From contig CAVSUD010000014.1 of assembly GCA_963731055.1 (NCBI GenBank), forward strand, positions 33,575 through 97,574: 64,000 bases of DNA. Reading direction: 5' to 3'. This DNA comes from an uncultured Actinomycetes bacterium (lineage in GTDB: Bacteria > Actinomycetota > Acidimicrobiia > Acidimicrobiales > CADCTF01). The notes beneath the pieces are model-generated. The model did no database searches and was not told where the DNA came from. It saw nothing but the letters and a program-made list of their open reading frames with translations. Each line of letters starts with the position of its first letter. The first letter of the stretch is position 1. Positions 31,636 through 40,002 of this stretch are shown here, piece after piece. The position numbers and the translations under genes are program-made.

Positions 31636-31881
31636 CGTGCCTCTTCTCTTCTCTTAGATATAGAAAACTGCAGTAGCAGTAGTAGGTGCTGTGGATTGTG
31701 GACAAGCCACGATCCGGGCAGGTCAGTGCGGGTGCAACGGTGTGCGGCGTCGTCCCCAGGTTTCCACAGGGGTGGGACAGCTTCGGGGAGCCCCTCCGGA
31801 CAACCCTCGCCCGTCCACCGAAATCACAAGGTCCCGACACACCGATCCCCACACCGTCGGGGTCACGCTGGGGTTCGTCAC
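31636..31881. other. dnaA-dnaN intergenic origin-like region: AT-rich tract plus DnaA boxes (oriC candidate, part 1)
   Basis: The AT-rich tract 31641-31686 ('ctcttctcttctcttagatatagaaaactgcagtagcagtagtag') stands out in an otherwise GC-rich sequence. TGTGGACAA at 31697-31705 is a perfect TTGTCCACA. TGTGGATTG lies at 31690-31698 and GTTTCCACA at 31760-31768. Composite-motif copy C spans 31752-31790. Confidence 0.55.
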
Positions 31882-33285
31882 TCAGACCCCCTTCTTGATG
31901 CGGTGCATCAGCTCGGTGACCTGGTCGTAGATCTGCCGGCGCTCCTTCATCTGGCCGCTGATCTTCTCCACGGCGTGGATCACGGTGGTGTGGTCACGAC
32001 CGCCGAACTCGCGGGCGATGGCCGGGTAGCTGAAGTCGGTGAGCTCCCGGAACACGTACATGCCGATCTGTCGGGCCATCACCAGGGGTCGGCGACGGTT
32101 CGGGCCGCAGAGGTCCTCCACGCTGAACCCGAAGGTCTCGGCCGTCGTGTCCAAGATGAGCTTCGGGGTGATGGGTCGGGGCTCGTCGGCGCTGACGCTG
32201 TCGGCCAGGACCTTCTCGGCCAGGGCCCGGGTCGGGGGCTCGCGGTTGAGGCTGGCGAAGGCCGAGACCCGAACGAGGGCTCCCTCGAGCTCCCGGATGT
32301 TGTTCTTGATGTGGATGGCGATGAACTCGAGCACGTCGTCGGGCAGGTGGGCGCTCTCGGTCTCCGCCTTCTTGCGGAGGATGGCGAGGCGCGTCTCGAG
32401 GTCGGGCGGCTGGACGTCGGTGATGAGGCCGGAGAGGAAGCGGCTGCGAAGGCGGTCCTCCAGGGTGACCAGGGACTTCGCGTGCCGGTCGGAGGTGATC
32501 ACGATCTGACCGCCGGCGCCGTAGATGGTGTTGAAGGTGTGGAAGAACTCCTCCTGGGTGCCCTCTTTGTTCTCGAGGAACTGGATGTCGTCGACCAGGA
32601 GGACGTCGCACTCCCGGTAACGGCGCTTGAAGGCGGAGGTGGAGTTCGTCCGGATGGCGTCGATGAACTCGTTCATGAACGTCTCGGTCGAGATGTACCG
32701 GATCGTCTTGTTGAGGTAGTGCTCTCGCACATAGTGCCCGATGGCGTGGAGGAGGTGGGTTTTCCCCAGGCCGGCCTCCCCGTGGATGAACAGCGGGTTG
32801 TAGCTCTTGGCCGGCGTCTCGGCCACCGACAGCGCGGCCGCGTGGGCGAAGCGGTTGGAGGCCCCGATGACGAAGGTCTCGAAGGTGTACTTCGGGTTGA
32901 TCGGGAGGGGGGCGGTGCGACCGTCGGGGGGCGGCTTCTGGGGCGTCAGGCCCGACCCCGAACGGCTCGCGAGGGTTGTACTGGGCGCATCGTTCCTGGT
33001 CAGCGACTCGGCGCCGGCGGCATCGTCATCGCCGGCCTCGGTGCGCACCTCGAGCTCGACGGCCACGCCCCCACCGGCCAGACCGGCCACGGCGTCCTGC
33101 ACGAGGGCGAGGTACCGGCCCTCGAGGCGCTCCTTGACCAACGGGTTCGGGACGGCCAGTACGAGGCGATCGCTGCTGTAGGAGACGGGTCGAATGCCCT
33201 GGAAGAACGTCTTCCAGGTCGATTCCGACACCTGGTCCGAGAGTGCTTCTGCACAAGCCATCCACAGCCGTTCGGCGTCCGTCAC
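31882..33285 (-). CDS. dnaA: chromosomal replication initiator DnaA
   Basis: ORF 31882..33333 (483 aa). It has Walker A '[15 protein letters not shown]', 'LLVDDIQFL', sensor motifs and the C-terminal HTH 'DHTTVIHA'. I prefer the GTG at 33285 ('[15 protein letters not shown]'), because DnaA boxes occupy 33314-33345. The longest start is 33333. Confidence 0.95.
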   Translation of the reverse strand: MTDAERLWMACAEALSDQVSESTWKTFFQGIRPVSYSSDRLVLAVPNPLVKERLEGRYLALVQDAVAGLAGGGVAVELEVRTEAGDDDAAGAESLTRNDAPSTTLASRSGSGLTPQKPPPDGRTAPLPINPKYTFETFVIGASNRFAHAAALSVAETPAKSYNPLFIHGEAGLGKTHLLHAIGHYVREHYLNKTIRYISTETFMNEFIDAIRTNSTSAFKRRYRECDVLLVDDIQFLENKEGTQEEFFHTFNTIYGAGGQIVITSDRHAKSLVTLEDRLRSRFLSGLITDVQPPDLETRLAILRKKAETESAHLPDDVLEFIAIHIKNNIRELEGALVRVSAFASLNREPPTRALAEKVLADSVSADEPRPITPKLILDTTAETFGFSVEDLCGPNRRRPLVMARQIGMYVFRELTDFSYPAIAREFGGRDHTTVIHAVEKISGQMKERRQIYDQVTELMHRIKKGV

Positions 33286-33581
33286 CTGCGCTTCAGCCTC
33301 CCCGGCACGTCGATGGTCCACAGCACCGTCCACACCTGTGGAAATGCTCCGGGGACCGGGGGAAGGGCGGTCGGCGGGAACGGTCCAGGCGGCATCGGCG
33401 AAGGAGGCAAGGTAGCACCGGCCCTGTGGACGGTTCTACGGGCCGGATGGAAAAACTGTCCTCGCGCCCGGTACCGTGGACCGAGGCGCAGCGCCGTTCG
33501 GCTGCCGCGCCCGTTGACGTTTTTCCGTCGTGCCGGCCCTCCCTCGCCCGCACGTCGGCCCGCCGGTCCACAGGAGGACTC
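33286..33581. other. rpmH-dnaA intergenic DnaA-box cluster (oriC candidate, part 2, or dnaA autoregulatory region)
   Basis: GTCCACA-core boxes: TGGTCCACA 33314-33322, CCGTCCACA 33326-33334, TGTGGAAAT 33337-33345, TGTGGACGG 33425-33433 and CGGTCCACA 33564-33572. Short A/T runs occur at ~33446-33460 and ~33515-33530. Confidence 0.55.
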
Positions 33582-33716
33582 GTGAAGCGACCGTTCCAGC
33601 CCAACACCCGCAAGCGCGCCAAGCGCCATGGGTTCCGTCATCGGATGGCCACCAAGGCCGGACACGCGGTGCTGAAGTCCCGTCGCGACAAGGGTCGCCA
33701 GAAGCTCTCGGCCTGA
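33582..33716 (+). CDS. rpmH: 50S ribosomal protein L34
   Basis: GTG at 33582, preceded by AGGAGGA. '(M)[43 protein letters not shown]'. Confidence 0.92.
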   Translation: MKRPFQPNTRKRAKRHGFRHRMATKAGHAVLKSRRDKGRQKLSA

Positions 33717-33807
33717 GCCGATCGACGTCGATGCGACGCCCGCGGCATCGATCTGGCGGCTCTCCGAACCGTCTCGGTTCGCGCGGCTTCGCCGCAGTCG
33801 GCACCGG

Positions 33808-34104
33808 GTGCGGAGCGGTCCGCTCTGGATCGCCTGGATCCCGGGTGCACCCGACGATCCGCCCCGGTTCGCCTTCGCCATCGGGCGTCGGGTGGGCGGG
33901 GCCGTCGTGCGGAACCGACTTCGTCGCCGGCTGCGCCACGTGCTCGCCGAGCTCCGGCCGGGCCCGGGCGATTACCTCCTCGGGGTCGACCCGGCCGCCG
34001 CTCTGCTCCCCTACTCCGACCTGAAAGCCCTGGTGAGCCACGCATTGCAGGCGCTACCCCGCCAGCCGGTCGACCCGCCGGGTCCGGACACCGTGACCTC
34101 GTGA
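33808..34104 (+). CDS. rnpA: RNase P protein component; true start unresolved (conserved sequence extends upstream to at least 33751)
   Basis: ORF 33808..34104 reads '[34 protein letters not shown]'. The same frame upstream reads '[22 protein letters not shown]', a typical RnpA N-terminus, but has no ATG/GTG/TTG back to the rpmH stop. Confidence 0.8.
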   Translation: MRSGPLWIAWIPGAPDDPPRFAFAIGRRVGGAVVRNRLRRRLRHVLAELRPGPGDYLLGVDPAAALLPYSDLKALVSHALQALPRQPVDPPGPDTVTS

Positions 34105-34337
34105 ACGAGCCGCCCCGGCCGTCCCTACCGGCTCGCTTCCTGCTCCTGGGCATCCGCCTCTACCAGGGCGTTCGGGCCGGTCGCCCGTCGCCCTGCCGTT
34201 TCGTGCCGTCCTGTTCCGTCTACAGCCACGAATCCATAGAGCGCCACGGCGCCACTCGTGGCACCTGGCTCACCGCCCGCCGCCTCTGCCGTTGCCACCC
34301 CTGGGGTGGCTTCGGTTTCGATCCCGTCCCCGACTAG
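34101..34337 (+). CDS. yidD: membrane protein insertion efficiency factor YidD
   Basis: 78-aa ORF whose GTG overlaps the rnpA stop. '[47 protein letters not shown]'. Confidence 0.85.
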   Translation: MNEPPRPSLPARFLLLGIRLYQGVRAGRPSPCRFVPSCSVYSHESIERHGATRGTWLTARRLCRCHPWGGFGFDPVPD

Positions 34338-34348
34338 GAAGCCACCCC

Positions 34349-35323
34349 ATGTTCGACATCGTGTTCAGCGCTCTGGCTGGGCTGTTGAGCTTCTTCTACT
34401 CCTTCAGCCACAACTACGCCCTCTCGATCGCGCTGCTCACGATCTCGGTGATGTTGTTGCTGTTCCCGCTCAACGCCAAGGGCATGAGGTCCATGGCGGC
34501 CATGAGCAAGCTCAGCCCGGAGATGAAGCGGATCCAGGCGCAGTACAAGAACGACAAGGTCAAGCAGAACGAAGAGGTCATGGCCCTCTTCAAGGAGCAC
34601 AAGGTGACGCCGTTCGGCGGCTGTCTCCCCTTGTTGCTCCAGATGCCGGTCCTGTTCGTCATGTACAACGTCATCCGCGGCCTCGTCCACAAGGCGAGCA
34701 AGGGCGAGCTGAAGGGCAAGTTCGACCCCAAGTACCTCGATCACGGGTCGGACCTCTACCGGTCGCTCGTCGGGCAGACCCACATGAAGTCCTTCGGCGT
34801 CGACCTGGCAAGATCTGCCAGTGAGGTGCTGAAGGTCTCCTTCGTGACGGCGATCCCCTTCCTGGTCCTGATCGTGGGCGTCGTGGGGGCGGGCTACTTC
34901 CAGCAGGCGATGATCAGCCGCCGGAACCCGAACCAGAACAACGACGACAACCCGATGGCCAAGCAGATGCAGCAGATGACCAAGATCATGCCGCTCATGT
35001 ATCTGGTCTTCGGTTTCACGCTCCCGGCCGGGCTCAACGTGTACTTCCTCGTCTCGAGCTTGTTCCGCATCGGCCAGCAGACCCTCATCTACAAGCTGGA
35101 CCCCACGCTGACGCCAGGCCACGGCTCGCGGACCCTCGAGAGTCGAGACGTGACCGAGCGGCCCGCTGGAGGCAAGGCCCAGAAGGTGAAGGAGGCTCCG
35201 ACGAAGCCCTCGACCAAGGGTTCGAACGGAGCCGGTCGTACGGTCGCCCCCGCCGGCGCAACCGCCACCCCGCCCGCCCGGATCGCCAACCGTCCGGCCA
35301 ACAAGAAGAAGAAGCGACGCTGA
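34349..35323 (+). CDS. yidC: membrane protein insertase YidC
   Basis: ATG at 34349 after AGGAAG, in the frame of ORF 34292..35323. 'NYALSIALLTISVMLLLFPLN..MSKLSPEMKRIQAQYKND..GCLPLLLQMPVLFVMY..PAGLNVYFLVSSLFRIGQQ'. Confidence 0.9.
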   Translation: MFDIVFSALAGLLSFFYSFSHNYALSIALLTISVMLLLFPLNAKGMRSMAAMSKLSPEMKRIQAQYKNDKVKQNEEVMALFKEHKVTPFGGCLPLLLQMPVLFVMYNVIRGLVHKASKGELKGKFDPKYLDHGSDLYRSLVGQTHMKSFGVDLARSASEVLKVSFVTAIPFLVLIVGVVGAGYFQQAMISRRNPNQNNDDNPMAKQMQQMTKIMPLMYLVFGFTLPAGLNVYFLVSSLFRIGQQTLIYKLDPTLTPGHGSRTLESRDVTERPAGGKAQKVKEAPTKPSTKGSNGAGRTVAPAGATATPPARIANRPANKKKKRR

Positions 35324-36219
35324 TGGAATGGGTCGAAACGACGGGCAAGACCGTCGAAGAAGCACTCGAGGCCGCGCTGGAACAGCTCGGCGTGGACGTC
35401 GCCGACGCCGAGTACGAGGTCGTCGAAGAGGCCAAGACCGGCCTGTTCGGTCGACTCCGGACCGAGGCTCGAGTGCGGGCCCGCGTGCGCCCGACCACAC
35501 CTCGAGCCAAGGACGAACGTCGGGGCCGGGGCCGCAAGGCCGCGGGTGCACCCGCGGCCAGGTCCGCCACGCGCGGTGCCCCGGTCGACGCGCCCGTCGA
35601 CGTACCCGTCGATGACGAGGTGGAGGCGCCCAAGGAACGGGCGCCGCGCCGCAATCCGAAGAAGGCGGCCGCTCCGGCGTCCGCGCCGAGCGCGGCCTCC
35701 CGCCCGCCACGATCAAAGGACGACGACACCGTGAGCGACACCGACATCCAAGAGATCCCGCTGGCCGAGCAGGGTGAGCTGGCCGCGACCTTCGTCCGGG
35801 GCGTGGTCGAGCGCTTCGGCGCCGGCTCGGCCGAGGTGACGGTGCACCCCGTCGACGAGGACACCATCGAGGTGCGGGTCGAGGGTGGGGATCTCGGGCT
35901 GTTGATCGGGCCGAAGGGCGCCGCCCTCCAGTCGCTCCAGGAGCTCACTCGCACCGTGGTGCAACGCCAGACCGGCGCCCGCTCCGGGCGGATCCTCGTC
36001 GATGTGAGTGGCTACCGGGCCAAGCGGAAGGAGGCGTTGGAGCGCTTCGCACGCAAGATCGCCGATGATGTCATCGCCAGCGGCACCCGCGTGGTCCTGG
36101 AACCGATGAACCCGTCGGACCGCAAGGTGATCCACGACACCGTCAACGACATCGACGGGATCTCGACCTCTTCGGAGGGCGAAGAGCCGCGGCGCCGAGT
36201 CGTGGTGTCGCCGACGTAG
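35323..36219 (+). CDS. jag: Jag/KhpB-like RNA-binding protein (Jag_N, KH, R3H)
   Basis: 298-aa ORF. It has 'MEWVETTGKTVEEALEAALEQLGV', a disordered basic linker, KH-like 'LLIGPKGAALQSLQELTR' and R3H 'MNPSDRKVIHDTV'. Confidence 0.85.
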   Translation: MEWVETTGKTVEEALEAALEQLGVDVADAEYEVVEEAKTGLFGRLRTEARVRARVRPTTPRAKDERRGRGRKAAGAPAARSATRGAPVDAPVDVPVDDEVEAPKERAPRRNPKKAAAPASAPSAASRPPRSKDDDTVSDTDIQEIPLAEQGELAATFVRGVVERFGAGSAEVTVHPVDEDTIEVRVEGGDLGLLIGPKGAALQSLQELTRTVVQRQTGARSGRILVDVSGYRAKRKEALERFARKIADDVIASGTRVVLEPMNPSDRKVIHDTVNDIDGISTSSEGEEPRRRVVVSPT

Positions 36220-36230
36220 CGCCACCAACA

Positions 36231-36833
36231 ATGGATGCAGCTGTCGAGCGGGCCCTGGCGGAAGCCAGGGCCCTCGGCTTTCTCGGGCCCGGACCGCTCG
36301 AGGCCCACGCGCGGTCGGCTGACGCGTTCGTCGACGCCCTCGGGCTGCTCGAAGGGCGAGCCCTGGATCTCGGTAGTGGAGGCGGCGTGCCCGGCTTGCT
36401 GCTCGCGGCCCACTACGACGGCCTGGCCTGGCTCCTCCTCGACGTGAACCGCCGACGCACGTCCTTCCTGGCCCGTGCGGTGGCCCAGCTGGGCTGGGGG
36501 CCACGGGTGCAGGTGCACCACGGCGCAGCCGAGGAGGCTGCTCGGCGACCGGAGTTCCGGGCGCAGTTCTCGACCGTCGTGGCCCGATCCTTCGCCGTTC
36601 CCGCCGTGACCGCCGAATGCGCCGCCCCGTTCTTGCGCCTGGCCGGGCGTTTGGCCGTGGCCGAACCCCCGGAACCGGCCTCGGGCCGGTGGGACGTGCC
36701 CGCCCTGTCGGGGCTGGGTCTGGCGCCGGTGGAATCGGCGGCCGGCCCGATCGCCGTGTTCGAGCAGATGCAACTCGCGCCGATAAGCGTGCCTCGCCCG
36801 TGGCGGGAGATGGAACGTCGCCCGCACTGGTAA
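36231..36833 (+). CDS. rsmG: 16S rRNA (guanine527-N7)-methyltransferase RsmG/GidB
   Basis: 200-aa ORF. SAM motif 'ALDLGSGGGVPGLLLA' and 'VVARSFA'. Synteny jag-rsmG-parA. Confidence 0.85.
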   Translation: MDAAVERALAEARALGFLGPGPLEAHARSADAFVDALGLLEGRALDLGSGGGVPGLLLAAHYDGLAWLLLDVNRRRTSFLARAVAQLGWGPRVQVHHGAAEEAARRPEFRAQFSTVVARSFAVPAVTAECAAPFLRLAGRLAVAEPPEPASGRWDVPALSGLGLAPVESAAGPIAVFEQMQLAPISVPRPWREMERRPHW

Positions 36834-37020
36834 AATCGGGCGCCATGGGAGTGGAGCCGCCGCCTCCGCCTCACATGGCTGCGTCGGCATGCGCTGCTCC
36901 CACTCGGGCTGAGCCTGCACGGGCGTGCTACCGGTGAGCGACGACGCGTGCATCCCCCGAAGAGATCCTGGCTGAGCGGGGATTGGGACGCAGGAACGGA
37001 GCCTGGATGGCCGGGCGCGG

Positions 37021-37036
37021 TGTTTCACGTGGCACG
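37021..37036. promoter_or_regulatory. degenerate parS-like site
   Basis: TGTTTCACGTGGCACG against the consensus TGTTNCACGTGAAACA. The left half is perfect and the right half has 3 mismatches. It lies 10 nt upstream of a perfect site. Confidence 0.5.
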
Positions 37037-37046
37037 GTGGGCCCGG

Positions 37047-37062
37047 TGTTTCACGTGAAACA
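37047..37062. promoter_or_regulatory. parS: parS centromere-like site (perfect consensus)
   Basis: TGTTTCACGTGAAACA matches the 16-bp parS palindrome TGTTNCACGTGAAACA exactly. Confidence 0.9.
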
Positions 37063-37367
37063 TCTCCCCTGTCGCTCCACGATCGGGGTGCGGCCGGCCG
37101 GGCGGCGTACGCGCCCCCGGTGGGCTGCGGGGTGGCGGTCGGAGGGTGAGGGGCGGGGGGTGAGGTCACGACACAAACGCCCACCGCTCCGTGGCGGACG
37201 ACCAGTGGTTGGCCCGGCTTCTGCAGGAGGAACCTTCTGGCGCCGAGTCCACCCGGGCGCCGGGGGGCGACCGATCCACTACTACGGACCGACTCCAAGT
37301 TGGACGCGGGAACTCGTGCTTGGTCTTCGCAGGCCTTCGGGCCAGCGAGAATTGCTGTACGGGAAGT

Positions 37368-37383
37368 TGTTCCACGTGAAACA
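37368..37383. promoter_or_regulatory. parS: parS centromere-like site (perfect consensus)
   Basis: TGTTCCACGTGAAACA matches TGTTNCACGTGAAACA. Confidence 0.9.
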
Positions 37384-37391
37384 CCGGGCAG

Positions 37392-38051
37392 GTGCTTGCG
37401 TTCGTTCGCCCCAGGCTGCAGGATGCAGCCGTGACGCTGCCGGACGGAGATGTTGCCGCTCGAGGACGAAGCATCTTCGAGCGACTGCGTGCGGAGCAGG
37501 ACGCCGCCCAGCCCCCGGAGGCTCCGGGTGTCAATGCGTCGGCGGTGTTGCAGTGGGTGGACCTTCCGTTGCTCGAGCGGTCTGCGGTCGTCGCCGGCCC
37601 CCTCGACCCCTCGCCTTCCGCCACCCCTACGATGGAGGCCAGGCTGCAGGACCGTGTGACCGAGGAGGTCGCGGACCCCGAGCCCGACGTCTCCGCCGAG
37701 CAAGTGAGTACTCCGCCGGTCGTCGAGACGGACCCGCCTCAGGACGTCGACCAGCCGACATCTCGTTCTCCGACCACCACGGACACCGCCACCGCGGAAG
37801 CGGCCACAGCCCATCGGCCCCCGACCGGACGTCGATCAGGACCCCCCGACGTCGCCCCCACCGGCTCTGACGTCGCCCCCGCCGCCGCTGTCCCCGATGC
37901 CGCCGCCGACGTCGACGAGCCCGGCCCCGCTGAAGGCGTACTGCGAGCCCGACCCCGCCCCCGAAGTCGTACGTGGCGACACCGCCGGTCATGCCCGATC
38001 TTCCCGCGCTGGGGGCACCGGTCTCCGCCCCGGCGGCTGCCACCTCGCTGA
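37392..38051 (+). CDS. Pro/Asp/Ala-rich low-complexity ORF; possibly part of a long frame-broken N-terminal extension of ParA
   Basis: 219-aa ORF in the same frame as parA. Acidic/proline-rich text continues across frames ('..AADVDEPGPAEGV', '..APLKAYCEPDPAPEVV', '[28 protein letters not shown]'). GC3 is less extreme than in neighbouring genes and the last ~40 aa are Arg-rich. Confidence 0.3.
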   Translation: MLAFVRPRLQDAAVTLPDGDVAARGRSIFERLRAEQDAAQPPEAPGVNASAVLQWVDLPLLERSAVVAGPLDPSPSATPTMEARLQDRVTEEVADPEPDVSAEQVSTPPVVETDPPQDVDQPTSRSPTTTDTATAEAATAHRPPTGRRSGPPDVAPTGSDVAPAAAVPDAAADVDEPGPAEGVLRARPRPRSRTWRHRRSCPIFPRWGHRSPPRRLPPR

Positions 38052-38072
38052 CCCCCCCCGGCCGATGCGCCG

Positions 38073-38920
38073 GTGGTGTCGAGTGGCACGCGGCCGGCCC
38101 AAGACGTGGCGCCCGAGCCGGCGACGTTCGCACGGCCACTCCCCCGGATCCTCGCCATCGCCAACCAGAAGGGCGGCGTCGGGAAGACGACGACGACGGT
38201 CAACCTCGGCGCCTGCCTCGCCGAGCTGGGCTACCGGGTGCTCGTCGTCGACCTCGATCCGCAGGGCAACGCGACCACGGGCCTCGGGCATCAACATCCG
38301 GAACCTCGAGCACTCGATCTACGACGTGATCCTGCACGACGTGCCGCTGGAGGACTGCGTCGAGCCCACCGCCGTGCGAAACCTGTTCGTCGCGCCGGCC
38401 ACCATCGACCTGGCCGGCGCCGAGATCGAGCTCGTCCCGGCCTTCAGTCGGGAGTTGCGCCTCCGGCGAGCCATCGAGGAGGTACGCGACGACTACGACT
38501 TCGTGCTCATCGACTGTCCGCCGTCGCTCGGCCTGCTCACCGTCAACGGGCTGGCCGCCGCCACCGAGGTCCTCGTCCCGATCCAGTGCGAGTACTACGC
38601 CCTCGAGGGTCTGGGCCAGCTGCTGCGCAACGTCAACCTCGTCCAGACGAACCTGAACCCGACGCTCGAGGTCAGCGCGATCGTCCTGACGCATGTACGA
38701 CGCCCGGACCAAGCTGGCCGAGCAGGTGGCCGACGAGGTGCGCGACGCACTTCGGCGCCGAAGGTGTGCCGCAACGTCGTGCCCCGCACCGTCCGGCTCT
38801 CCGAGGCGCCGTCGTTCGGGCAGCCGATCATCGTGTTCGATCCGTCGTCCCGTGGGGCGCATCGCCTACCGGGAACTGGCCAAGGAGGTCAGCGGTGGCG
38901 CGCCGCAGCGGGCTGGGTAG
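38073..38920 (+). pseudogene. parA: chromosome partitioning ATPase ParA/Soj, frame interrupted at least 4 times
   Basis: '[48 protein letters not shown]' is in the frame of 38073. '[46 protein letters not shown]' is in the frame of 37897. '[16 protein letters not shown]' and '[10 protein letters not shown]' are in the frame of 38693. The first junction is an extra G in 'ctcGGGcatc' (~38285). Confidence 0.9.
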
Positions 38921-39981
38921 AGGGCTCGGGGCGCTGATCCCGACCGAGGCGTCGACCGACGACGACCGGCGACGTCGGCGCTGCTGGAGCTCCCCGTCGG
39001 CGCCATCAATGCCAACCGCTACCAGCCCCGTCGTCACTTCGACGAGGAGGCCCTGGCCTCGCTGACGGCCAGTCGTGCGCGAGCTCGGGGTGCTGCAGCC
39101 GATCCTGGTGCGTCCGGCCGAGGCGGATGGCAGCTACGAGCTGATCGCCGGCGAGCGCCGGTGGCGGGCCGCCAAGCGGGCCGGCCTCCAGACCATCCCG
39201 GCCATCGTGCGAGCCGTCGAGCGACGTCTCCAGCCTCGAGCAGGCGCTCGTGGAGAACCTGCACCGCCAGGACCTCAACGCGTTGGAGGAGGCGGCGGCG
39301 TACCAGCAGCTCATCGAGGACTTCCGCCTCACCCACGACGAGGTGGCGGCGCGGGTGGGCAAGAGCCGGTCAGCGGTGACGAACACCCTGCGGCTGTTCC
39401 AGCTGCCGCCCGGCGATCCAGCGCCTCGTGGCCGAGGCGCAGCTGTCGGCCGGCCACGCCCGCGCCCTGCTCGGAACACCCGACCGGGCGTTCCAGGAGG
39501 GCCTGGCCAAGCGGGCGGTCGCAGGAGGCGCTGTCGGTGCGCGACGTCGAGGACGCTGTCCGCCAGCGCAACGACCTGGCCGGCCAGCTCGGCGGCACGG
39601 GCACCGGCTCGGGCTCGCCGGCCCGTCCGCCGTCGGGCAAGGCCGCTCCGACCGCCCGGGCTGCTCGAGCTGGAGGACCTGCTGTCGGAGTACCTCGACA
39701 CCCGCGTGAAGGTGGCGATGGCGGCCAAGAAGGGCAGGCTCGTCATCGACTTCGCCGACCTCGAGGACCTCGAGCGCATCTACCGAGCCATGACCGAGCC
39801 TCCGTCGGGCGGCACCGGAGGGTCGCACCTCAGCCTGACGAGGGTGCAGGGCGGGTCGACGGTTCCGGACCGCCGATCCGAATCCTCGCAGGTCAGCCGG
39901 TGTGCCGCCGCGGCGCTGGGGCGTGGATCGAGGCTTCGACCTCACGCTCGACCTGAAGTGACGTCCCCAGGCTGTGGATAA
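38895..39981 (+). pseudogene. parB: chromosome partitioning protein ParB, frame interrupted about 6 times; 3' end uncertain
   Basis: GTG at 38895 ('(M)[15 protein letters not shown]'). The sequence then continues through:
- '[28 protein letters not shown]'
- '[36 protein letters not shown]'
- '[44 protein letters not shown]'
- '[14 protein letters not shown]'
- '[35 protein letters not shown]'
These are spread over three frames. Confidence 0.85.
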
Positions 39982-39990
39982 CTTGGGGAC
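39963..39990. promoter_or_regulatory. perfect TTATCCACA DnaA box inside a 7-bp dyad (composite-motif copy B)
   Basis: GTCCCCAggcTGTGGATAActtGGGGAC. TGTGGATAA (39973-39981) is the reverse complement of TTATCCACA. The flanks GTCCCCA (39963-39969) and TGGGGAC (39984-39990) are exact inverted repeats. Confidence 0.5.
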
Positions 39991-40002
39991 AGGGCCGGCG
40001 CC

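Noticed and set aside
30472-33585. 1037-aa + strand ORF across dnaN/dnaA
   Set aside because: It is antisense to two intact, motif-rich genes. It is low-complexity and spans the AT-rich intergenic region only by chance lack of stops.
36012-37814. 600-aa - strand ORF spanning the rsmG-parA gap
   Set aside because: It is Arg/Gly/Pro-rich and crosses jag, rsmG and the parS sites, with no domain-like text. The gap is better explained as non-coding parS DNA plus a possible ParA leader or extension.
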